The notes beneath the pieces are model-generated. The model made no database searches, had not been told where the DNA came from, and saw only the letters and a program-made list of their open reading frames with translations. This document shows, piece by piece, positions 34,166 through 45,253 of a stretch of 64,000 nucleotides of DNA (position 1 is the first letter of the stretch; every line of letters starts with the position of its first letter). Position numbers and translations under genes: made by a program. This DNA is from an uncultured Phycisphaerales bacterium (GTDB lineage Bacteria > Planctomycetota > Phycisphaerae > Sedimentisphaerales > Anaerobacaceae): assembly GCA_963772725.1 (NCBI GenBank), contig CAVYYI010000003.1:96001-160000 (forward strand), read 5' to 3'.

Positions 34166-35236
34166 CTAAAGTAATTCTTTCGCACGAGGGAAACTTCCCA
34201 ATATGGAAAGCTGAAGGCAATGTTTGCGAGATTCTTCTATTCCCTTTTGTACGTTTTCATCGTTTCTATGGCCAAGGAAATCGACGAAGAAATAATATTC
34301 CCATTCTCTTTTTTTGCTCGGCCTGGATTCTATATTTGTCAGATTAATGTCGTATTTCTTCAGAATGTCAAGCACGTCGGCCAAAGCGCCTGCTTTATGG
34401 GCAGTGCTGAATAATATGGCGGTCTTATCTTCGCCGGTGGGTTTGGCGTCTTCTTTCGCGACAACCAGAAACCGCGTGATATTATTCGTGATATCCTCGA
34501 TATTGGCACAAATCACTTTCAAGCCATATAGTTCGGCAGCAATGGCAGAGCCAATCGCGGCGGTATTGTCCTCGGCAGCGGCCATCTGGGCGGCCTTTGC
34601 GGTTGACGCCACAGCGATAGTCTGGGCATTTTTAAAAGTCGAGGCCAGCCAGTTTCGGCACTGAGCAAAGACTTCCGGCTTTGAGTAAATCTTCTCGATT
34701 TTATCGAGGGGACAATTGGCCAGCAAGTTGTGATGTATCGCCATTAAGACTTCCGAGCAGATTTTGACGTCTGAATTTATCAGCGCGTCAAATGTTTCGG
34801 TAACGCTGCCGCCGGTAGAATTTTCTATCGGGACAAGACCCAGGTCGCAATGTCCCTTGCTGACTTCGTCGAAAATGCTGGTGATGTCGGCGAGGGGTTC
34901 GTATTCCACGCTCTGGCCGAACTTGAGCAAAGCGGCGTTGTGGCTGAAACTGCCGTCAGGACCGAGATAACCGATTCGCAGAGGCCTTTCGAGAACAAAC
35001 GAGCCGCTCATCAGTTCCCGCCAGATTGCGACGAGGCATCTGTCAGGCAGCGGGCCTTTGTTTGCCGCGACAATTTTCGCGAGTACCTCCTTTTCGCGGT
35101 CGGGGGCATAGATGGGCTTAGCGGTCTTATTTTTCAGCTTGCCTATCTCCACAACGATGCCGGCGCGCTCGTTGAGCATCCGCACAAGTTCGCGGTCAAG
35201 ATTATCAATCTGATTTCTTAATTCTTCGATAGTCAT
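34166..35236 (-). CDS. pheA: Chorismate mutase / prephenate dehydratase
   Basis: LRNQIDNLD CM domain, YLGPDGSFSH, PIENSTGG, NITRF, ACT domain IESRP. Confidence 0.96.
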   Translation of the reverse strand: MTIEELRNQIDNLDRELVRMLNERAGIVVEIGKLKNKTAKPIYAPDREKEVLAKIVAANKGPLPDRCLVAIWRELMSGSFVLERPLRIGYLGPDGSFSHNAALLKFGQSVEYEPLADITSIFDEVSKGHCDLGLVPIENSTGGSVTETFDALINSDVKICSEVLMAIHHNLLANCPLDKIEKIYSKPEVFAQCRNWLASTFKNAQTIAVASTAKAAQMAAAEDNTAAIGSAIAAELYGLKVICANIEDITNNITRFLVVAKEDAKPTGEDKTAILFSTAHKAGALADVLDILKKYDINLTNIESRPSKKREWEYYFFVDFLGHRNDENVQKGIEESRKHCLQLSILGSFPRAKELL

Positions 35237-35371
35237 AAATAAAATGAAATATTCACACAGACCACTATTGGCCGTTAATGTGAAAATGACTATTATTAAC
35301 ACAGTTTTATGTATAAGTCAATGATTTTGACTGATTTGTGCTAATTTTCCGATAAGAATCGAGTTTATATT

Positions 35372-35896
35372 ATGCAAAAAGCTGTAAAATACGCGTTGTT
35401 CAAGACAAAATGGGGATATTTCGGGCTTGCCGGTGTCGAAAAAGGCCTATTGCGAAGCCATCTGCCCGGAGGGAATAAGGAAACTGTCAGGACAGGTCTT
35501 TTAGTTAACCTGCCATATGCCGAGTATAAGCCGGATTTTTTTAAGCCGGTTCAGGAACTGGTAATCGCATATTTTGAAAGCAAGGCCGTTAATTTCGGGA
35601 TGGATATTCCCGTGCTGCTGGAAGGGATCAGTCAGTTTACCATGCAGGTTTTGACCGCCTGCAGAAAGATACCATCGGGAGAAACGATAAGCTATAAGAA
35701 TTTGGCTAAAAGAATCGGAAAACCTCTCGCGGCAAGGGCTATTGGGGCGGCGATGGCGAAAAACCCGCTGCCTTTGATTATTCCCTGCCATCGGGTTATC
35801 AGAAATGACGGGCAAATGGGCGGCTTCTCCGCTTTCGGTGGAACTGCTTTCAAGAAAAAACTGCTGCTCCACGAAAAATACTACCGCTGTCTTTAG
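35372..35896 (+). CDS. ogt: Methylated-DNA-protein-cysteine methyltransferase
   Basis: IPSGETISY, ARAIG, NPLPLIIPCHRV active site. Confidence 0.95.
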   Translation: MQKAVKYALFKTKWGYFGLAGVEKGLLRSHLPGGNKETVRTGLLVNLPYAEYKPDFFKPVQELVIAYFESKAVNFGMDIPVLLEGISQFTMQVLTACRKIPSGETISYKNLAKRIGKPLAARAIGAAMAKNPLPLIIPCHRVIRNDGQMGGFSAFGGTAFKKKLLLHEKYYRCL

Positions 35897-36098
35897 AGAG
35901 TTTGGCTTTTTGTTCGCGTGCAACAGTTACTGCATGTTTGGTCATAAGCACTGACTCAACGGTCAGACCCGGACCAAATGCCATTGCTAAAACCGACTCA
36001 TCGACGTTTTTGCTTGGTTCCCGCAGTATCTATCTCAGCACGAACAGGATTGTCGCACTGCTCATATTGCCGTATTGCTTCAAAACCGACCTTGATTT
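35890..36098 (-). pseudogene. C-terminal fragment of a type III polyketide synthase (chalcone-synthase-like)
   Basis: Manual translation KSRSVLKQYGNMSSATILFVLR*ILREP...VLAMAFGPGLTVESVLM; internal TAG, no N-terminal part. Confidence 0.8.
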
Positions 36099-36148
36099 AT
36101 GAAAACAATTGGTCAAATTCAGGGACGCTTCAAGTCTTTAATTTTTTA

Positions 36149-36265
36149 TTAACCCAACTTTCGCAGTTTGGGCGAAATCGCGATATTGTTTTTAACCGGG
36201 TATCTGTCTGCGGGCAGGTAAACAATTCCGCCGCCGTTTTGTCTGGCCAGGTCAAGGGCTTTGAG
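36149..36265 (-). pseudogene. Short fragment resembling the N-terminus of pectate-lyase-superfamily/GH28-like proteins
   Basis: Manual translation LKALDLARQNGGGIVYLPADRYPV; no start codon. Confidence 0.55.
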
Positions 36266-36302
36266 AACTCAAACTTAGGGCTTTTATCCTTGCCTTAACC
36301 GG

Positions 36303-38249
36303 CTAACTTTTGCTTGTTTTCAGCTCGTATGCCCTGTAAAGCAGTTCAAGATATTGCTCTTTTTCTTTGACCTGGTCTTGCACCTGGGCGAGCAGTTTAT
36401 AATCTTTATATACTTTTTCATCGCCGAAACTTTCGTGCAATTCTTTAATCTTTGCCTCGGTCTCCTCAATTGCCTGCTCAATCTTTTCCGCCGGCCAGAT
36501 ATTAAATTGTTTTAGTTCCGGCGGGGTTGTCTTTCTCGGTTTATCCTGCTTTGGCCTTTTCGGTCTTGCAGCCTGCTGGCCTGTTTCCTGTTCTAATGCC
36601 CTTTGCTCCAGGAGTTCGGCATATCGGCTGAATGAGCCGTTTATAAACTCAAATTTGCCCGGCGCCGTTTTGCCCAGCTCATCTGCACCGAGCACAATAA
36701 GCCGCTGGGCTGTTCTGTCGAGAAAAAACCTGTCATGACTTACGGCGATGATTGTCCCCGTATAATCCTGAAGCGCATTTTCAAGTGCCTCGATGCTTGG
36801 AATATCAAGGTGATTTGTCGGCTCATCGAGTATAAGAACTTCCGGCTCAGACAAAACCAGTTTGCAAAGCGCCAGCCGATTTCGCTCTCCGCCGCTAAGG
36901 TCCGCCACCTTCTTAAACACATCGTCTTTGAAAAACATAAATGCCCCAAGACGACTGCGCATCTGTTCGGGCAGCATTTCAGGAATAATTGAAGCCGCTT
37001 CTTCAAGCACGGTATTTTCCGGATTCAGTTCTGCTCCTGCCTGGTCAAGATAACCGATGGAAAGGGTTTTCTTAATCTCGATTGTTCCGGATGTCGGCTC
37101 GATTTGTCCAAGGGCAAGTTTCAGCAGCGTCGTTTTACCCATTCCGTTTGGGCCGATGATGCCTGTCCGCTGGCCGGTGAAAAGCTCGAAATTCATATTT
37201 TCAAACAGCGTCAGATTGCCAAAACTCTTCGTAAGATTTTTGCACGCAACACCGTATCCACTCGCTTACCCTTGTTATCCACCTCGGCAAATTTAAAACT
37301 AAGCTCTCGTTCGTGCTTCGGTTTTTCGAGAAAGTCAGGATTGGATTTGAGAAGGTTATCGAGCAGCGTTTGCCTGCCCTGCGCAACTTTTTTCGTTCCT
37401 TTGCGGTTTATGTTGCGTGCAATAAAATCGCGGGTTTTTTCGATGAACTCCACCCGCTGTTCATACTGACGTCCCAGTTCAAGATCGCGTTTTTCCTTTT
37501 CCTGCCTGTAAGTGCTGTAATTGCCCGAGAAAACATCTGCCCTGCGGTCTCTGATTTCCACAATTTTACAGACCAATCTATCGAGCAGAAACCTGTCGTG
37601 GCTGACAATCAGGGCAGCGCCGTCGTAGTTTTTTAAGAATTTTTCAAGCCACAATGTCGCATCCCAGTCGAGATGGTTTGTCGGCTCATCGAGCAGCAGC
37701 AGGTTCGCATCTGCCAGCAGGACTTTTGCAAGTCCCAGCCGCGACAATTGCCCCCCGCTAAGCTGCGTTGTTTTTAATGAATAATGTTTTTCCTCAAGAC
37801 CCAGCCCCGCGGCGATTTCTTTTATTTTCGTTTCATACCTGTAGCCGCCTATAATTTCAAATTCATTGCTCAGCCGGTCGTATTGCTGCATTGCGGATTT
37901 TAATTCGTCGCCGGAAAGTCCGCTTAATGTCTCCGCCGAGTCGTGCAGCCTTTTTTGCAGGTCAAGTATTTCCTGTGCGCTATTGTGCAGTTCTTCGAGA
38001 ACGGTTTTTTCACCGCAAAAAACCGGCTCCTGCGGCAGGTATCCGATTCGCAAGCCCTTTCTTTGCATGAATCTCACCGGAATCCGGCGGCAATATTCCG
38101 AGAATCATTTTCAGCAGCGTGGTTTTTCCGCACCCGTTGCTCCCGATAAGCCCAACCTTCTGGGCGGGGTATATCTTCAAATCGAGCTGGTCAAAAATCA
38201 CCTGCGACCCGAATGATATATGTATATCTTTTAACGTTACTATCGGCAT
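36303..38249 (-). CDS. ABC-F family ATPase (Uup/YheS-like; two frameshifts)
   Basis: Two NBDs (GSNGCGKTT, LSGGQ, LDEPTNHLD; GPNGMGKTT, LSGGE), inter-domain linker, C-terminal coiled coil, no TM. Confidence 0.93.
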
Positions 38250-38426
38250 TGAGACATTATACCGGATTTTTATGGTTTGGTGTGAAATGCCCTCCCAAAA
38301 AAACATCTCGGTAAAGAGGTTTATCAAAATCTATGGCGGCAAATCATATAGGATACTGTATAATACTGTAAATGTGTTTTTCTAATCCTCCCTAAAAACG
38401 ATTTAACTTTTGGAGAATTGATACAA

Positions 38427-39533
38427 ATGCCGGATATTGCCAGTGGAATTTTAAAGCTTGATAAAAATGGAACAGGACATTTGGCAGTGTTGAAAGGTCG
38501 CTGCGGTCAAGTCCCAGCGATGTGATTGTGCCTGCACGGCTGATACGGCAGTATAGACTTGCCGAAGGGGCTGTAACGGCTGGTCCATTTAGTGTGGTCA
38601 AGGGCAGGAAAGAATTATCGGCGGTGGAATCGGTATGTGGATTAAAGCCGGAAGAGTTTCAAAAACGCAAGCCTTATAACGACCTTGTCGCGGTGAATCC
38701 GAACAAGCGGTTTAAGCTGGCGGCATGCGGCCAGCGTAGTATGCGGATAATCGACCTTGCGGCGCCGATAGGAAAAGGAACGCGGGGATTGATAATATCA
38801 CCTCCAAAGGCGGGCAAGACGGTGCTGCTTGGACAAATAGCAGATGCCATTATTTATGATGACCCCAAGACGCATGTAATAGTGTTATTGATAGACGAGA
38901 GGCCTGAAGAGGTGACGAGTTTTCGGCGGAAGGTAAAGGGGGCAGAGGTTATGGCAAGCACAATCGACGGAAGCTATCGAGGAGCATATCGCCCTTGCGG
39001 AGTTGATGCTTGCCAATATCAGAATTGAGATCGAATGCGGCAGAGATGTTGTGATTCTTGTGGATAGTCTGACGCGGATGGGCAGATCGTTTAACCGCAG
39101 GGGGTCGGGAACTGGAAGGGTTATGTCGGGCGGAATGGAGGTCGGTGCGATGGAGATACCACGAAGGTTTTTTGGGATGGCACGGAATATCGAGAACGGC
39201 GGGTCGGTTACGATTATTGCAACAATACTGGTCGATACCGGCTCACGGATGGACCAATTGATTTATGAGGAATTTAAAGGGACCGGCAATAGCGAGATAG
39301 TGCTTGACCGTTCGCTTGCGGAGGCGAGGATATTTCCGGCAATAAATGTGGCTGCCAGCGGGACACGAAAGGAAGAATGTCTGTACAGCGAGCAGGATTC
39401 AAGGAAACTTGCTATGATGAGGCGGGTGCTGTCGAGTTATAAACCCAGAGAGGTGATAGAATCGCTGGAGAAGCTGTTGAAAAAATATCCGACCAACGAA
39501 GAATTTCTGCAAAGTCTGTCCGGGGAAAGGTGA
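38427..39533 (+). CDS. rho: Transcription termination factor Rho, short form (frameshifts near 38485 and 38980)
   Basis: APIGKGTRGLIISPPKAGKT, LLIDERPEEVT, DSLTR, TGSRMD, EEFKGTGNSE, FPAINV..SGTRKEE. Confidence 0.93.
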
Positions 39534-39543
39534 TGGGCATAAC

Positions 39544-39583
39544 AAAAAAAGAGATAACTCATTGTCTGACAAGGAGTTATCTC
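39544..39583 (-). terminator. Intrinsic terminator downstream of tRNA-Met
   Basis: GAGATAACTC...GAGTTATCTC 10-bp stem with A7 on the plus strand (U-tract on minus). Confidence 0.8.
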
Positions 39584-39593
39584 CAGAAATCAA

Positions 39594-39667
39594 TAGCGGG
39601 GGCAGGATTCGAACCTGCGACCTCCGGGTTATGGGCCCGACGAGCTACCAGACTGCTCTACCCCGCG
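39594..39667 (-). tRNA. Initiator tRNA-Met (CAT), CCA not encoded
   Basis: CGCGGGGTAGAGCAGTCTGGTAGCTCGTCGGGCCCATAACCCGGAGGTCGCAGGTTCGAATCCTGCCCCCGCTA: C1/T72 mismatch, GGG/CCC anticodon stem, GTTCGAATC T-loop. Confidence 0.97.
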
Positions 39668-39679
39668 ATCATTATTCTA

Positions 39680-39707
39680 ATTATACCACCTCAAACTGTT
39701 TATTCAA
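39680..39707 (-). promoter_or_regulatory. Putative sigma70 promoter of tRNA-Met
   Basis: Minus strand TTGAAT-16 nt-TATAAT with TG extended -10. Confidence 0.6.
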
Positions 39708-39721
39708 GAAATTAAACCAAA

Positions 39722-40138
39722 CTACAGATTTTTACGGATTTTTTCGGCAATTTTTCCCGCTTCACCGCCCTTATATTTATACGAAGGCCAATGATTAAAA
39801 ACATCGTCTCCGCTTTTCGCGGAATTATATGAAAATGCAGATGCTCGACAACCTGTCCTGCCGCCCTTCCATTATTGCACAAAACATTGTAATCCTCAGC
39901 ATTAACGCCACTAATAACAGCCTCCGCGATTTTGCCCAGACTTTCACCAATCTGACCTAAAAGTTCAGGAGGACATTCGTGCAGTTTTTCAAAATGTCTG
40001 TTTTGGAATTAACAATGTATGACCATCACTGACCGGCCCGACATCCAGAAATGCAACAACAACTTCATCCTCATAAATCTTTGTCGCCGGTATCTGTCCG
40101 GAAACTATCTTACAAAAAATACAATCATCGCTTCCCAT
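39722..40138 (-). CDS. HIT family hydrolase (frameshifted, absent from the ORF track)
   Basis: Manual translation MGSDDCIFCKIVSGQIPATKIYED...GHTLLIPK...NNGRAAGQVVEHLHFHIIPR. Confidence 0.9.
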
Positions 40139-40164
40139 TTTACAGATACGCCTGCCAAGCCCGC

Positions 40165-40688
40165 CTATTTCTTATCGGTACCACTGCTACTGCTCTGAGC
40201 TTCAACAGCGGTTTCAGAGTTTTGCTCGGCCTGCTCAGCGATTTCCCTTTTAGCTTTTTTGGTCTTCTTTTCTTCTTTTGCTTTTTGCTCGGCGCCTACC
40301 AGCTGCAGCAGCACAAGCTGGCCGTTATCTCCCAGACGTCTTAAGGACAGATGAATAATTCTCGTATATCCGCCTTTTCTGTCGAGATACCTCTGGCCAA
40401 GCTCACTGAAAAGTTTTCCTATTACTGTGCCTTTTTTTACTATATTGCCGTCTTCCTCGCTGACGATATTACGGTTGCCAAGCATAGCAATAGCCCGGCG
40501 TCTGGCCTGCAACGTACCTTTCTTGGCAACGTAATCAGCTTTTCAGCAAAGCCTTTACTTCTTTGGCCTTTTCAATTGTTGTTGAAATCGTTTCATGCTC
40601 GAAAAGCGAAGCAACCAGATTCCGACGCAACGCCAGACGATGTTACACTCGTTCGACTTAATCGACGCCCTGCTACTCTATGACGCAT
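40165..40688 (-). CDS. rplQ: 50S ribosomal protein L17 (frameshifted)
   Basis: MRHRVAGRRLSRTS start; RYLDRKGGYTRII...RRLGDNG. Confidence 0.93.
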
Positions 40689-40740
40689 ATTTCAAAATCC
40701 TTCTTTACTGCTTAACTGCAAAAACTTTTACCAAAATCAT

Positions 40741-41759
40741 TTACAAAATTAACTCCTGTCCGGTCATCCCAGCGACAAACCGATATCGGCAAGTTTTCTT
40801 CTTATTTCGCGAAGACTGGTTTTGCCGAAACTGCGAATTTTCAGCAAATCGGCCTCTGTCATTTTCACCAGTTGCCCGACCGTTTCAATCTTAACCGATT
40901 CAAGACAGTTGCTGGCTCTGACCGACAATTCCAAGTTCCTGAATCGGCATCTTAAGCTTCTGCAGTCAACTTCTTCATCAACTGTTCCTCTTCTGCCACT
41001 GTATCTTCAGTTTCAACAACCTGTTCGACAACTGTTTCTTCACCAATCGTCGAAATACTGCACAAAAGGATTGATATGCTTGCGAAGAATCTTGGCGGCT
41101 TCGACCAGCGCCATTTCCGGCGTAATCGTGCCATTGGTCCAAATTTCAAGAATCAGTTTATCATAATTGGTACTTTGCCCACACGGGTATTTTCCGTCGT
41201 ATAACGAACTCTGATAACAGGCGAATATACGGCATCAAGAAATATTCTTCCGATTTCCTGCTCAAACCTGTCGCTAGCAGCAATTCGTTCAGAAGCCGGC
41301 ACATAACCCCGGCCATTTTCAACCACCATCTCCATCTCAAAATTGACATTTTCTGTCAAAGTTGCCAATACTAAATCTTTATTTATAATTTCGATCGCAG
41401 GGTCAGCAACTATATCGGCTGCGGTTACAGCACCGCTTTTTTGGCTGTAACCTTCATCGTCTTGGCCCGTCGCCGGTTAAGCCGAACTACAAGATTCTTA
41501 ACATTCAGAACAATATCGGTCACATCTTCCATAACGCCCTTTATAGAGGTAAACTCATGATTTACACCCGCTATTTTAATGGATGTAACAGCACTGCCTT
41601 CCAAAGAGGAAAGCAAAACACGTCTGAGGCTATTGCCAATTGTCGTACCAAAACCACGCTCGAACGGCTCGATAAAAAACCGGCCATATTTATCGTTCGA
41701 AATGTCATATCTTTTTCAACACGCGTCGGTAATTCCAAACCACGCCATGTAATTCGCAT
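40741..41759 (-). CDS. rpoA: RNA polymerase alpha subunit (multiple frameshifts)
   Basis: [59 protein letters not shown]. Confidence 0.95.
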
Positions 41760-41846
41760 ACTGGCCTCCTAAATAAGCGAACATTCAAAGCGAAAAGTCA
41801 TTACCCAAAACATCATGTCTCATCCGCTATTTCAAATTAATTATAA

Positions 41847-42488
41847 TTATCTTGAACAGAACTCCACAACCAACTGTTCCTCAACAGGAATCTGCACATC
41901 ATCTCGTGTCGGCAACGCAACAATCGTGGCCTCGGGTTTTTCACGGTCCAAGCTGCAGCCAGCCCTGAGTCAGTAAAATTCGGATTGCTTTCCAATTGCT
42001 GCTTTATCTTTTTTAACGCTTTTTTCGGAACTTTTCACTGTAATCTTGTCACCAATTTTCACAAGTATAATCGCTAACATCAACCTTTCGGCCATTAACA
42101 TAAATGTGCCCGTGAGCAATCATAACTGCCTTGCGGCCTTGCGCGATGGTGCAAAATTCAGCTTATAAACAACATTGTCCAGCCGTCTTTCCAGCAACTG
42201 CAAGCAATATTTCGCCGGTATTGCCTTTCGCTTCGTTCGGCCTTATGGAAATACCTCATAAACTGATGTTCCAAAAGCCCATAATATCGTTTAACTTTTT
42301 GCTTTTCACGCAGCCGAACACCATAATCGCTTGCCGCTGCCTCTTCTCCAGCCGTGCATACCTGGCGCCAAATTTCGCTGTTTCTTTCTCAATCGGGCAT
42401 TTAGCCGTTTCGCACTGATGCCTTTGAGCATCAGCTTCATGCCTTCGCGACGGCAATGCTTACAAGATGAACCAAGATAACGTCCCAT
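41847..42488 (-). CDS. rpsD: 30S ribosomal protein S4 (multiple frameshifts)
   Basis: [23 protein letters not shown] start, [22 protein letters not shown] end. Confidence 0.93.
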
Positions 42489-42514
42489 TTTTTCACTTAT
42501 TCTCCAAAAACTTT

Positions 42515-42903
42515 TCAAATTATAACTCTTCTTCGTTTTGGCGGCCTGCAGCCATTATGCGGAATAGGCGTTACATCTTCAATCGAAGATATACGCAGTC
42601 CCGCCTGCTGAAGCGCGGAAATCGCAGATTCACGCCCGGAACCAGGGCCTTTGACTCTGATTTCAACTTCACGAACACCGTTACGCATCGCCGTCACTGC
42701 ACAACTTCTGTGCGGCCTGCTGAGCGGCAAAAGGCGTACTCTTACGAGAACCTTTAAACCCGACACAGCCGGCCGAACTCGAACAAATCGTGTCGCCGTC
42801 CATATCGGTAATCGTAATCAACGTATTATTAAATGTCGCCTTTATATGAACAATCGCCTTGGCAATATTTTTTCTTAACTTTTCGTTTTACACTTTTTGC
42901 CAT
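42515..42903 (-). CDS. rpsK: 30S ribosomal protein S11 (frameshifted)
   Basis: [37 protein letters not shown]. Confidence 0.95.
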
Positions 42904-42955
42904 TCTTCAATATCCTCAAGAATATTCAGCTATACTGTTCAACAAATCACGATTC

Positions 42956-43343
42956 TTAACGTACTTCCTTTACGCTCTTCTTGCCCGCCACGGTCTTTCT
43001 CGGGCCTTTACGGTCCTGGCATTGGTCCGCGTACGCTGGCCCCGAACAGGCAATCCTCTCCTATGACGAATACCCCTGATAACAGCCAATATCACGCAAG
43101 TCGTGCAATATTCTGAGAAACCTGCCTGCGAAGCTGGCCGCCTACAACATAATTGCGGTCGATAATCTGAGTTATCCGGCTAAGCTCATCTTCAGTAAGC
43201 TTATTTGCCTTCTTGTTTCTTCTCAATATTGGCTTCTTTCAAAATCTGTTCAGAAGTATATCTGCCTATACCGTGAAACATAAGTCAAGGCAATCCATAT
43301 CGACTTTTTCATTCGGAATATCCACACCAACTATACGCGGCAT
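42956..43343 (-). CDS. rpsM: 30S ribosomal protein S13 (frameshifted)
   Basis: [13 protein letters not shown] start, [25 protein letters not shown]. Confidence 0.95.
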
Positions 43344-43405
43344 ATCAACTCCTTGTTTAACCGACCATCAAACACAATTCTATAAAAATATTCATAATAT
43401 CACTC

Positions 43406-43519
43406 TTAACCCTGACGCTGTTTATGCCGCGGATTAGTGCAAATCACCCGCAAAACGCCCTTGCGGCGAACAATTTTGCAATTTTCACAAATACGTTTTA
43501 CTGAACTTCTAACTTTCAT
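43406..43519 (-). CDS. rpmJ: 50S ribosomal protein L36 (Zn-binding type)
   Basis: [37 protein letters not shown]. Confidence 0.97.
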   Translation of the reverse strand: MKVRSSVKRICENCKIVRRKGVLRVICTNPRHKQRQG

Positions 43520-43570
43520 TTTCTACTACCTGCCTTTATATTCGCATTTCAATTATATTACAGCCAATGC

Positions 43571-43791
43571 TCATTTAATTTCGCAAAACAATCCTGCCTC
43601 TGTTCAGATCATAAGGCGACATCTCAACCGTCACCGAATCGCCGGGCAGAATGCGAATAAAATGCATTCTCATCTTACCCGAAACATGCGCCATAATCTT
43701 ATGGCCGTCTTCTAAGTTCAACTCTGAACATCGCATTCGGCAGAGCATCAATCACTTTGGCCTGAACTTTTATTGCATCCTTTTTCGCCAT
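43571..43791 (-). CDS. infA: Translation initiation factor IF-1 (frameshifted)
   Basis: [22 protein letters not shown]...[11 protein letters not shown]...[10 protein letters not shown]. Confidence 0.95.
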
Positions 43792-43797
43792 AACTTC

Positions 43798-44580
43798 TTA
43801 TCTTCACCGTCAACACTTCACAACCATTTTTCACTATCGCAATCGTATGCTCAAAATGAGCCGAACATTTACCATCTCTTGTAACAACCGTCCATCCGTC
43901 TTTTAACGTTCGAACGCACTCGTGCCCGCATTAACATCGGCTCAACAGCCAAAACCATTCCTTCTGCGACAGGATAATATCATCTGCCAGCAATTCTCGC
44001 TGACAAAATTCGGCACCTTCGGTTCTTCGTGCATATTTCTTCCGATGCCATGCCCGACAAAATCCCTGACAACCGAAAAACCCGCCGCTTCGGCATATCT
44101 CTGCATTTCGCGGCTATCTGGCTCCATCTCACACCAGGGGCAGACCTTGCTATCGCTATATCAAGAAGCATGCTTTGGTAACATCCATAAGTCTGCGATT
44201 ACTCTCAGAAATATTCACCGATACCTACCGTAACAGCCGCATCGCCGCAATAACCATCAAGCCTAACGCCAAAATCAATACTCAGAATATCGCCTTCTTT
44301 AAGCCTGACACTTTCGGAAGGAATTCCATGAACAATCTGCTCATTTACCGAAGCACAAATCACGCCGGGAAACGGCATTTTCGCATACGGGCTGCGAACA
44401 CCTTTAAACAACGGCCTCTGCTCCGGCCTCTTCGGTCATTTCCAAAGCAACGTTATCCAGATAGCCGGTACTTACTCCCGGCCTTGCAATCTCTTTCAAT
44501 TTTGAAAGAACATCGGCAACAACACGACCTGCCTTACGCATCAATTCAATTTCTCTTCTGCTGCGAAGCGTTATAGCCAT
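43798..44580 (-). CDS. map: Methionine aminopeptidase type I (multiple frameshifts)
   Basis: [42 protein letters not shown]. Confidence 0.93.
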
Positions 44581-45253
44581 TTAATTTCTAAAAACATATT
44601 AACGCCAACACTAAGGTTTCCAGCTTCTCAAACACAGCAAGCTGTTACCTCATCGACATCCTTATTGGCATCGACATCACATAACTAATATTACTTTCTT
44701 CTTATAATAACCAATAACAGGTTCAGTCTGCTTATGATAAGTCTTAAGCCGGTTCTCACAACTTCCGCCGTATCATCAGGCCTTTGAACAAGCTTTGTAC
44801 CGTCTTTATCGCATTTGCCGTCAACTTTAGGCTTAGATTTTCAATATGATAAACCGCACCGCACTTCGGACAGCTTCTTCTGCCTGTCATTCGCTCTGCG
44901 ACAATCTTGTCATCTATCTGCAAGATTAACACAATATCTATTTTTTGCTGGTCGATTTCAACATCTTATCAAGCTCCTCCGCCTGGTTAACTGTTCTCGG
45001 AAAACCATCCAGCACATAGCCGCTACAGACGCTTTATTAATCGCCTCAACCATCATTTCAATTATCATTCATCCGGCACCAATGCCCCTGAATCCATATA
45101 GCTCTGGGCCTTTTTGCCCAAGCGCTTCCATTTGCTCTTTCCTGTCGCAAGAATATCGCCGCTCGACAGATGCAGCAAACCATACTTTTCAACAATTCGC
45201 TTACACTGCGTTCCTTTACCGGCACCAGGAGCACCTAATAAAATTATCCTCAT
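44581..45253 (-). CDS. adk: Adenylate kinase (multiple frameshifts)
   Basis: IILLGAPGAGKGTQ, HLSSGDIL, DGFPRTVNQA, QRPDDT. Confidence 0.93.

Noticed and set aside
3597..38249. Programmed frameshifting or pseudogenisation in carB, metG, ricT, pilC, comEC, ompA-like and ABC-F genes
   Set aside because: No consistent slippery motif, and the same indel pattern hits essential ribosomal genes, so assembly error is more likely.
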